From positions 335,730,001-335,794,000 of the forward strand of contig OZ024741.1 of assembly GCA_964016885.1 (NCBI GenBank): a stretch of DNA of 64,000 nt, written 5' to 3'. Positions 53,490 through 64,000 of the stretch are shown here, in pieces. Made by a program: the position numbers and the translations under genes. Each line of letters starts with the position of its first letter. The stretch's first letter is position 1. The DNA comes from Eledone cirrhosa. Lineage: Eukaryota. Below the pieces are notes generated by a model that was not told the DNA's origin, did not search any database, and was given only the letters and a program-made list of their open reading frames with translations.

Positions 53490-54530
53490 TGTTGCATGGC
53501 CGGGTTGTCGGTGACTAAACCGGCAACCCCACCAAGTTTACTTGGTGAGGAGGGTGATTTTGGACACCCTGCAGGACCAAAACAAAACCTGACAAAGGGC
53601 GGAAGAACTCATAAGGGTCAACGGCCATCCAAATGTGTGTAAATATGTATATACACATGTACATATGTATGAATATGTATATGTGTATATACAAGGGTGC
53701 ATGTGCATGTATATCCGCAGGGACAAAGAAATAGTCGGACTGGACACCCGATCACACGGTTAAACCACTGGGAGTAAAGGACCTCTCTAGCCTTTCTCAG
53801 GACATTCTTCTAGGAGAAGGCAACTCAGGAAACTGGGATAACTCCGATATAAAACCTGCGGCTCAGTAGTTACCGATGATGTTGATCTTTTCTTCTTTTC
53901 GGGTTATAGCTACTGTCGCTCAGAGAGTGGGATTGGCTCAGTGCACAGTCTTTCCTCACTTTAAAAAACATCTTCACGCACAGGCATTGCACGATAAAAT
54001 TAATTAATAATTATTAATAATGGTATATCGTGCAATGGCCATACTTGATAACGAGGGGGCAGCCATCATGTATATATATATATGTGTATATGTATATATA
54101 TGTGTGTATATATATATATGGGAGAGATGACCCCTTAGCCTTTGTCAAGGCAGAATTCTAGGAGAAGGAAAACTCTGATATAACACCTGCAACCCTGATG
54201 GTATCCAATGATGTTGACTTGTTCTTCTTTTTGGTAAATATCATCTTGGTTAAGAGAGTGGGACTGGCTTTGTGCAGTGCCTTTCCTCACTATAAAAGCT
54301 TCACAGCACAGGCATTGCTTTATATCTGGAGATCTCTCTGAACTTGTCGTCACATGGTACCATGGGCCCAGCACTATGTGTCAATAATTGTCACAAGTGT
54401 AGTGTTTGTACCAGAGTTTTCAAGTCGCTGGCTGGACTAAAAAGTCACACTTGTTTAGCGCATCAGTAGGAGTTCTCCTACATGGATATAAAGTAGTGGC
54501 CGTACTCGAAAACGAGTTGGCAGCCACCAT
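53490..54530 (+). mobile_element. Non-autonomous RTE-like element(s): structured 5' end joined to a LINE 3' end, partly duplicated
   Basis: ttctaggagaagg(c/a)aa..ctc..gatat.aaacctgc twice (53807, 54156); 3' motif ggcc.tact.ga.aacgag..ggcagcca twice; 5' hairpins at 53502-53549. Confidence 0.5.
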
Positions 54531-54573
54531 ATATACATATATATATTATGTATAATGTATATATATCATGTAA

Positions 54574-54604
<31 letters not shown>

Positions 54605-55259
54605 CAAATATATATGTATATATATATATAGCTGTCATCATTCTGCTGGATTACACTATGATAAATCTTGAGAACAACCTTTGTTTGCAATTCAAAGATA
54701 TGAGTTAAGATGGCCATCTAATTCGTGGCTGTAACATTTCTCTATTCTATAATTGGTTTTCGTAATTCTGTTGCATTTATATCTTGCTATACGTCAGCGT
54801 TGGCAGTATTCTCTTATGTATAGTTAGCAGCCTTGAGTAGAGAACAGGATCCGGCAAATATCTTCAATCTGATAGCTGAGAGATTTCTTTTGGGAATAAA
54901 TAGTTGCAGGATAAACTAAGAAGATTGCTAAGTATTAAGGGCATTAAATTTTGTTCACTATATGAGAAATGGATAACGTTAAGTAGCTTAATGATCAGAA
55001 TATTTTGGTTGATGCTACTAACACTAGAATTATCCTGAAGAATAATGCTTAACTGATAACTGATAAATAGTTTAAAATAGCTGAGACATAGATCAAGTGA
55101 GGGATAGATTAAGAAAGACATTATATTTAAAACATGTTTAACATGTTCAGCATAAAAGAAAATGTGAAAATAGTAATTACTGTAAAATACAAATACAATC
55201 ATCAGATACTTTTGTTGTTTTTTTTGAAAAAGATGAAAGTGTAATCAAATGGAATGTTG

Positions 55260-55680
55260 TATTTTTGGGGAACAGTAGCTTCATAGTGATATCATTTATT
55301 TATAATAGAATGTTGTGTTTTTGAGGGACAGTAGCCTCACACAGTGCTACCATCTCTTTTGAATGGAATGTTGTGTACCTGTGGAAAATAGTCACACACA
55401 GTGACACCATCTCTTTCAAGAGTGACTAGCCTCACACATTGATACAACCTCTTTCAAGAGAGATAGTAGCTTCATGCAGTGACACCATCTCTTTCAAAAG
55501 AGACAGTAGCCTCTCACAGTGATACCATCTCTTTCAAAAAAGACAGTAGCCTCACACACAATCATACCATCTCTTTCAAGAGGGACTGTAGCCTCACACA
55601 ATGATACCATTTCTTTTCAAATATAATGGTGTGTATTTGAAGGACAGTAGCCTCACAGTGTTGCCATCTCTTTCAAATAA
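55260..55680. repeat. ~41-bp tandem repeat (GACAGTAGCCTCACACAGTGATACCATCTCTTTCAAGA)
   Basis: About 9 diverged units. Confidence 0.8.
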
Positions 55681-56134
55681 AGAAACTTGAATTTTAGCAA
55701 GAAAATTTAAAATGAAGAATATCTACAGTAACATTTTGGTTTGAGTGGAACTTCATTTTTATAAACTAATGCGGAAATAATGGGTTTTTATGAATGATCA
55801 TTAAAGTTCATGGCAATTCTCAGTATTAGCATTAAAATACAGTAATACAATTACTTGATTTCATCAAAAAATTCAGACAATCTCTCCATTTCTCAGATAG
55901 TCATTAGATTCATTCAGTGTCTCCATGCTCTTTAACTATTTCAGTCATCTCATTCTCATCTCTGCTTGTATTAAAGTTTCTCTACATTGTTCATTCTCTC
56001 TTCCTGTTGACAATCTCAAAATTTAGAAACAAATAACAAGAACATTTTTTTAGTAGAACTAGAAACTTCAAGGTTGTCTTTCATATGGATTTTAAACCAA
56101 CATCTCAAAGCTGCTAGAATACCTTAGCCTCTTC

Positions 56135-56425
56135 ATTGACCACATGTGTAGTTTAAAGAAATATTCTACATGTAGCCATGTAAATATCAATGTAACCCTG
56201 ACCACGTTTAGTTTATAGAGATAATCTACATGTGGCCTTGTAACCCCACCCACATGTAGTTTAGAGACATTTTACATGTAGCTTCTTACACCACTGTTAC
56301 TCTAACCACTTGAGTAGCTTATAGATACATTCTACATGTGGCCTCTTATATCACTGTATCCTGAACACATGTGGAGTTTATGGAGATATTCTACATGTAG
56401 CCTCTTACATCACTGTAACACCACC
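56135..56425. repeat. ~60-bp degenerate tandem repeat
   Basis: Recurrent gtttatagagatattctacatgt(a/g)gcc. Confidence 0.7.
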
Positions 56426-57179
56426 AAAATAAAGAAAACTAACATGATATAGATGCCTGGAACATTCTCATATAAGTGAAACAGTCTCTTTAGTTTATTG
56501 AACATGTACCATTTAGATAAACAAATTCTTCACAAGTCATTTCATTTCTGCCCCCCCCCCCCCCCCCCTATTGACAATGCATTTGATTCCCATTCCATCA
56601 ACTCTGACATCCAGCATGGCTTTGCTCTCTCTCTCCCTCTCTCTCATTATTTCTCTTTCTCTTTCATTATTTCTTTCTCTTCATTGTTGAAATAAGTTTC
56701 TCTTCATTGTTTCTCTCCATTTTTGAAATAATTATGGTTTCTGTTTCATCCATTTTCATCTTTTGGTTTCAGTGAAAAACTAACATTCAATACTCTTTAT
56801 CTTTTTCATATCTTATCAACTAGATAGATCCCACGTGTCTCTCAAAGCGTAGTTAACAAGCTGAAATGGCAAACTCAAAAGAGAAAAAATGTCTGCTGTC
56901 TTCTTCGTTTTCTTAGGATCCATTCCCAGATAGACGACAGGCACTACCATGCTTTAAATGTTGGACTTACCATTCCTAAGAAACTTCACATTATGACTAA
57001 CATTCTTTCAAGGAGGATTATAAGACATTAAAACATAAAAAAAAAATGAACAAACATGGTTTCATTATGAACTCTACCTTTAGAGCAGTGCATCTTCCTG
57101 ACACCAACATCACTGATTCTAGATTTAAAAAAGAAAGGAAATTCATATCTCATTTGACTGTTCATTATTGTCTATCACT

Positions 57180-57360
57180 GAATTGGCAGTATCGGTAGAG
57201 GGTCGGACGCCATCCTTTGCAGCAAAGAGTTATGGCCCTTTATGGTCTGAGTTCAAATTCCGCCAAGGTTAACTTTGCCTTTCATTCTTACAGGGTCGAT
57301 AAAATAAAGTACCAGTAATACACTGGGATAATTGCTGGCCTTGTGCCAAAAGTAGAAACA
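57180..57360 (+). mobile_element. SINE family A with 16-bp TSD
   Basis: TSD ATTATTGTCTATCACT at 57164-57179 and 57361-57376. Confidence 0.88.
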
Positions 57361-58027
57361 ATTATTGTCTATCACTAACATTTCTTGCTAATCTTCCCAA
57401 CATGTCATGATCTTCTTCTTCTCTCTACTCTGAAACATTTTAGTTCTTCCAAAATCTACTAGCTGCTACATTTCTACTTCAACATTCATTGCCATACTCA
57501 TCTCTTATCATCTTTCCATAAAGCACCACCTTTCCATAGCTCTGCACCCCAAACAACCATCCATCCAATAATGCTTAACACAACAATGCCACTCATGGAG
57601 TCATACACTCATACATACATATGCAGTCACAAATACTTACACACAAACACACACACACATATATATTCATAGATAGGGTTGAGGGAAAGAAGAAGTATGT
57701 AATACCAAATGAAAAACAGGTTAGTAGCATTTTCCATAAAAATCTAAAATGTTTTCATGATTCTGAACTCTGCTAATTGTCTTTAGAATGAACATAATAC
57801 AAAATAAAAAAAAAATTTTAAATCAAACAAACAACGATAATCTAAAGACCCTGAATGTCAGAATTTACATAAAATTCTCGAAGACAATGCTTCCGCAAGG
57901 CCATACTCCAATGTCTGAGATCAATAAAAAAATAAAATAAAATAAAAATAAAAATAAAAATTAAAAAAATAAATAAAACAAAAATCATGTGTCTAGCTCA
58001 AAGGTTGGTCTCTAATATGTACCCTGT

Positions 58028-58077
<50 letters not shown>

Positions 58078-58158
58078 TGATGATGATGATGATATATATA
58101 TATATAAGCAAAAGAATTAATGAAAGAGTTACAAGCCGTTAAAACACATCTTTATATA

Positions 58159-58196
58159 GCTCTTACATGTTTCGCCCAATGGGGTTCGTCAAAGGC
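58159..58196 (-). ncRNA. Degenerate minimal hammerhead motif
   Basis: - strand: GCCT-TTGACGA-aCCCcattGGGc-GAAAC-at-GTA-AGAGC; C3>T change in the core; palindromic ACATGT. Confidence 0.45.
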
Positions 58197-58299
58197 AGAT
58201 ATTAAAGGCAAAGTTTTTGGCATGTAATATTCTGTATCACACCTCTTTATATCCTCTTTTACGATATTGTAACCTATTATTATATATAATGCGTATGTG

Positions 58300-58492
58300 T
58301 ATATCCTGGGTTCAATGGGGGTGACCACAGTAAGTAAGGTACTCAATACATAGTAGAGTATATACAGTATTTAATGTAGAAATGGCTTCAACAGGACTAG
58401 AACTGTTTTCATTCGAAGGAAATCATCAGGATGATTTCCTTCAAATGAAACAGTTCTAGTCCTGTAGAAGCCATTTCTATATTAAATATTTT
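58300..58492. mobile_element. Palindromic hammerhead-bearing mini-element, same family as 39730-39910
   Basis: Shared gggttcaat..accacagtaagtaaggtactcaataca leader; inverted arms ~58368-58428 / 58431-58488. Confidence 0.72.
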
Positions 58493-59018
58493 ATATGAAA
58501 ATAAAAAAAAAACCCCAGTTTTAATAAGTCTATTTTAATTTGCTAGCAGACAAGTGTTAAAACCAGGTAGGTAACTTGACTAACTGTTTAATCAACAAAA
58601 TGGAGAGTACCTCTCTATGCATGGGAAAAAGCAGAGTTTGTATAAAGTAAAGTAAAAACCTAACTACTAGGCATCACAGTTGTTTTTTGTTTTTTTTACT
58701 TTCCTTTATATTTATAATATGCACACAAATACATATATGCATAGCACACACACATACATATATATATGTATGTATATTTTCAGCAAGCCTTTCGAAGGGT
58801 GTAGTCTACACCCTTGAAAAGGTTTGCTGATCACGCAAGCTAAATCCGCTTGGCACTGCACTCGGGATTCTACATATCTCTATACCCACTCTGCATCTCC
58901 CCATGTATTGAGTACTCCCATAATTAGTGATCTCCCTGGACACAGCACCACAGACATTCACTCTATATACACACACACGGACACACAAATATATATACAT
59001 ATATGTGTACGCACACAT

Positions 59019-59126
<108 letters not shown>

Positions 59127-59489
59127 ACATATATATGTACTTAAACACAAATGTCTTCAGTAATGTACTAAATAATATATTTCTAAAATGTCATTGCCAG
59201 AAAAAAGTAATAAAACACTGTTTATCTCTTGATTTAGAAAGTACAATAATAAAAGATTGTTTATTATTTGTTATTATTTGTTTGCCTCCATCTTGGGACT
59301 TATCAAGATATCATCCATCTTGATAAATCCTGTGTTGGTTCAAAGGGAAAGATTTAAATTATAAGCAATGTTTTTTGTTGAACTGATAATAAGTTTTTCA
59401 CTACTCATCTTGTAAACTAAAAATTTAGCATACAATTCCATTACAAGTGTAGAGATAAGTGTGTTTTATTACATCTGACAATAATACAG

Positions 59490-59945
59490 ATTTTATTAAC
59501 ACACACACACATCTTATTACACACACACATCTTAACACACACACATCTTATTACACACACACATAATCTCTATTAACACGTTTTATTAACACACACACAT
59601 ACATTTTATTAACACACACACACAATCTTGATTGACACACACATATCTTAGTAACACACACGTATCTTCTTTAGCATACACACACATATTATTAAACACA
59701 CACATTTTAATAACACTCACACACACAATCTCTATAAACACACACACACACATTCTATTAACACACACCCATATCTTATTAACACATACACACATCTTTA
59801 TCAATACACTCACAGCTTAATACACATACATCTTTATTAACACACACACATACATCTTTATTAACACACTCATACATCTTTATTAACATACACATACACA
59901 ACTTTATTAACACACATACAACTTAACACACATACACATCTTAAA
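59490..59945. repeat. CA-rich degenerate minisatellite
   Basis: (tttattaacacacacacacatc)n. Confidence 0.8.
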
Positions 59946-61781
59946 TTTATAAAATGTATTTGGTGTGGCAACTATGACAAGATGTGAACTGTGCACAAAT
60001 TTGCTAAGTAAAATATAATATAACATTTGTGTAGAATATTGCGAAGGTATCTCTACTGAAACTATTAATGTATAAAACACACTGTTCCAATGTTCCAGTG
60101 ATTGACGCATTGGGAACCTTTAATCAATAAATGTTATATAAAATCAATAACAACAACATGAAAAATGACTGAGGGTTACTGATTTTATTGCTCTGAGTTT
60201 CAACCTTAATACTGTCCTTGTGTTATGCAAGTCTTACAGAATTGGATTCACAATTGTGAGGTTGTGAGTTCGATTCCCAGACTGGGAAATGTATTATATC
60301 CTTGAACATCTTGATAAATTCTGTGTTGGATCAAAGGGAAAGATTTAAATTATAAACAATGTTTTTTGTTGAACTGATAATAAGTTGTTCACTACTCTTC
60401 TTGTATACTAAAAATTGAGCAAGACACTTTATTTCACATTGTTCTTTCTGCCAGGAGTTGTGACCAGTAGATAGTATGGAAAGACCAATGGAAACATTGT
60501 TTTCTTGGTCTGATTTGAGGAGTTCCACTCCTCTCGGTAAGCAAATGTGGTCTGAGATCTTGTCAGTTGATTTGATTAATGTGTTACGTGAGGTTCCTTA
60601 CTCTGGTGGCTTCTGTTTGCCTACATTAAACAAGGCAGAATGAAAATATGAATGTAAATCAGTTATGAACCCTGGTCTGTCTGGGTGATCAGTAGGCCTG
60701 CTTCAGTACTGACTTGGTCTATGTAGACCTGTCCAACCCTTGTTAGCTGGGAAAGCAGACATTAAATGATGATGATAATATATGAGAAACTTCAATAGAT
60801 AATCAACTAAATTGATTATTTCCAATGGAAATATGGAAATATATGTGATTAGTTATGTTAGAAATAGCAGCCTTAGCATTCTTGAATTTTGCTCTGCAGG
60901 TCTAACTAAAGATATCAGAAATCCTTGAGTTGAATTGAGAAGCATTGCCAGAAATATGGCAAAAGTGGGGGTGGGTGGGGTATACTCTCAGGCTTTGGCA
61001 ATAATAATAAAAAATACCAGCATCATATGGCTAAATGCTCTACTGATTACTCCTATGCTGGTTATATTGATAAATTAACTAACTGTGTATGTCAGTTCTA
61101 CTGATATATTAACTGGCTCTATATGACAGTTCTATTGATATATCCACTATATATACCAGTTTTGCTATTGATATATTAGTATTATATGTTAGTTAGACTG
61201 ATATATTAGCCTGTTCTATATGTCAGTTCTATGGATGTATCAGCTCTATATATGTCACCTCTACTGGTTATTTTAGCTTTATGAGTCAGCTTTACTGCTA
61301 TATAGACCCCTCTTATAAGAAAGGTCATCTGACAATGGAATTCTTTCTAAAGTTTAAGATTTCAACAATCAATATAAGAGAAAAAGGAACAAAAATAAAC
61401 AAGGAAAGTACCCCCCCCCCCCCCTCCCCCTCCCCATCCAACAGTCATTTCATTTTATTCCATCTTGGTTTCTTGGGGCCTGTGAAAGCCAAGGGCACTG
61501 TCCTTTCCATCACACCTGCCAAGTTAAAATAAAATAACCACCATCCTCCATGTTACACAAGCCAGTCATTAAACATTAAGTATAATCCATCTCAGATAAT
61601 GCCACAAATATTTGAGCTGGTTAATATTTACCCATGGTTTGGCCCCTAAACTTTCAAGTATTTTAGGGGCCCCTCTTCTGGCACTTCAATCTTTCACCCT
61701 ACTTCAGCAATAGGAATTGATGCACCCCTAGGTTTTCAGCCTTATGAATAATATGGCTTTGAATCTGACCCCTATATATAT

Positions 61782-62012
61782 ATATAGAATAACTTATACA
61801 AAGTTACTGATGGATAGATTCCTAGAATAAGACAACTTCATCATTAATCTTTCCCTTATTGCAGTTTTGATTATCAAGATTAAAGGATGATCAACTCTGT
61901 TTCTCGATAATTAAAACTGCGCTAAGGGAGGGATTAATGATGAAGCTGTCTTATTTTAGATTGCTTTACTAGGAATCTACTTAGCAGAAACTTTGCGTAA
62001 GTTATTCTATAT
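61782..62012. repeat. ~230-bp imperfect inverted repeat (fold-back) between TA tracts
   Basis: atatagaataactt..caaagtt..tagattcctag / ctaggaatcta..aactttg..aagttattctatat, with inner arms aataagaca..ttcatcattaatc / gattaatgatgaa..tgtcttatt. Confidence 0.75.
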
Positions 62013-62093
62013 TATATATGTATATACTTCTCTGAAAGAATAATTTTAGCTATCTTTTCATTGAGCTGTTTGTGTGTATCAGTGACTCTTTTC

Positions 62094-62154
<61 letters not shown>

Positions 62155-62156
<2 letters not shown>

Positions 62157-62497
62157 GATGCATGGCTTAGTGGTTAGAGCATTGGGCTTGCAATCGGGAG
62201 GTTGTGAATTCGATTCTCAGACCAGCTGATGCGTTGTGTTCTAGAGCATGACACTTTATTTCACATTGCTTCAGTTTACTCAGCTGTATAAATGAGTTGT
62301 GATGTCACTGGTGCCAAGTTGTATCAGCCTTTGCCATTCTCTTGGACAACATCGTTGGCATAGAGAGAGGAGACTGATATGCATGGGTGACTGTTGGTCT
62401 TCCACAAACACACCTTGCCCAGGCTTGTGCCTTGGTGGGGAACTTTCTAGGTACAAATCCCTAGGTCATTTGTGACTGAAGGGGCTCTTTACCCTTA
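62155..62497 (+). mobile_element. CORE-like tRNA-derived SINE (different 3' part from 7116/53081)
   Basis: A box tggcttagtgg, B box gaattcgattc, CORE-like acactttatttcacattgcttcagtttactcagctgtataaatgag. Confidence 0.82.
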
Positions 62498-63276
62498 CTA
62501 TTTATATATATATATATATACTATTCATTTATTTATTTATGGCAATGATGCCAAACATGGTCAAGTTGAAATTCTGAAAATATTGTTTTATGCTGAAATA
62601 TGAAATGAGACGGTTTTTCTTTTCTTTTTTTTCTATTTCTATATTCTGTTTTGAAAATTGTCTCTTCATTCAAATCTTATTTTATAGAAAATATGTGATT
62701 TTAAATATCCTATGTGTAAATATACTTTTGAATATAATAAAAAATTTTATATAATGAATCTGTACTCCTGCCAATTATTATTTTTAAAAAATAAAGTTTG
62801 CTGGGTTTCTTTTTGATTTTTTTTTCCTAACATTGATCATATAAAATATATATAACATCTTCTAAGGAGATCAATATCTCATAACTGATTGAGAAATTTG
62901 AAATCAAATATATCAAAATAAAAATAAGCTAATTTCCTGTTAATTATAAAAACAAAAGTTATTTTTCAATAGATAATTATTCCCCTTCATTTCTTTCTTA
63001 CTCCCTCCCTCCGTCTTTCTTTCTTTGTCATTTTCTCAACCTCTCCCTCTCTCTCACTCTCTGTTAGTTCCTCTCTTTCCCCCTCCTTATCCCTGTCAGC
63101 TTCTCTCTCTCTCTCTCTCCGTCTGTTGTTATTTCTTTGAGGAACTGGAATCATATGATATGATTCCAGTTCCTCAGAGAAATAACAACACAACCAGGAG
63201 CTGGACATATCGATGTATTGACGGAGTAAAACACACTTCAACAACATGTGTACCTGTCTTTCCCACACAATTCGGA

Positions 63277-63329
63277 CTGCCTGAAGAGGTCACAGCCAAA
63301 GATGGCTGTCACCAAAATATATATAGCAG
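63277..63329 (+). ncRNA. Minimal type-I hammerhead motif (G12>A variant) next to a 66-bp palindrome (63124-63189)
   Basis: CTGC-CTGAAGA-GGTcACAGCCA aaga TGGCTGTcACC-aAAAT-atat-ATA-GCAG. Confidence 0.62.
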
Positions 63330-63499
63330 CATATCTATAATTTATAATAAACGAAGCCAAATTTTACATATTTGACTTAATTATTTTACATTACTCCGGA
63401 GTAAACAAACCAGCCTGTGTACTTCGTCGAGTGCTCCAATCTGCATACTGAGGTGTCGGTAAACAACCAACATATACTCAAAATTTATATATATATCTT

Positions 63500-63531
<32 letters not shown>

Positions 63532-63534
63532 AAT

Positions 63535-64000
63535 TAAGCATGTTTTGCAGCATGAGGACCAAAGGCATGATCTGTTCAGGATTGCAAAGCAGTGTGTCAG
63601 TTGAAATTGTGATGTTGGTGGGGAGAAATGTGTCCAGCATGATAATGGCAAACTTGCCCACACCTATGCTGAAAGAAAGCAGCTGGGAAGTGCCTTTATG
63701 AAAGATTACTGAATGAGGAGAATGTATGGGACGAAAATAGTTTGCTCCATGACAACCCAACAGAGGGACCAGCAGTAGTATAGTAAGTAAGGCAATCAAG
63801 AATATGAAGTCAGGCAGGGCAGCTGGACCTTCAAGTATAGGTGCTAAGGTGCTGAAAGCATCAGGAATGGTGGGCCACACCATAGTCTTCTGTATTATAA
63901 ACCAAGTTATAGAACATGGTGTCACACCCAATGACTGGTGTAGCAGCATCATTGTCAACTGCTACAAGGGCAAAGGTGACGCTCTAGACAGAGAAAACTA
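63535..64000 (+). mobile_element. Older degraded RTE LINE fragment running off the window
   Basis: Colinear with 47425-47900 (gagggaccagcagt, aaggcaatcaag, gactgg.gtagcagcatcat, aaagg.ga.gc.ctaga). Confidence 0.88.

Overview
Eukaryotic, very AT- and microsatellite-rich genomic DNA, most consistent with an octopus (coleoid cephalopod) protocadherin locus; the taxon is inferred from the protocadherin style and the SINE/RTE complement. One host gene is supported: a + strand protocadherin with a large coding exon (ATG 23047 to donor 25371; signal peptide, 6 cadherin repeats, TM) and an in-frame 163-nt second coding exon (32796-32958) missing from the ORF track. Further exons are unresolved. About 3 kb upstream lies an 11.2-kb array of a 24-bp satellite with nested higher-order duplications; its giant ORFs are repeat artefacts. 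The rest is mobile DNA: a near-intact RTE-type LINE (one frameshift, PHD-type finger after the RT core) plus three other copies or fragments, two tRNA-derived SINE families (one CORE-like, sharing the RTE 3' tail), mariner, maT (DD37D), pogo-like and piggyBac-like elements, and a Helitron-like element. The most unusual signal is a set of short palindromic or fold-back elements in or beside (TA)n tracts that carry minimal type-I hammerhead-ribozyme motifs of several unrelated sequence families (21.0/21.3, 39.9, 40.0, 58.2, 58.4, 63.3 kb). One is a near-perfect ~340-bp inverted repeat 1.5 kb upstream of the protocadherin ATG. All alignments, counts and folds were done by eye.
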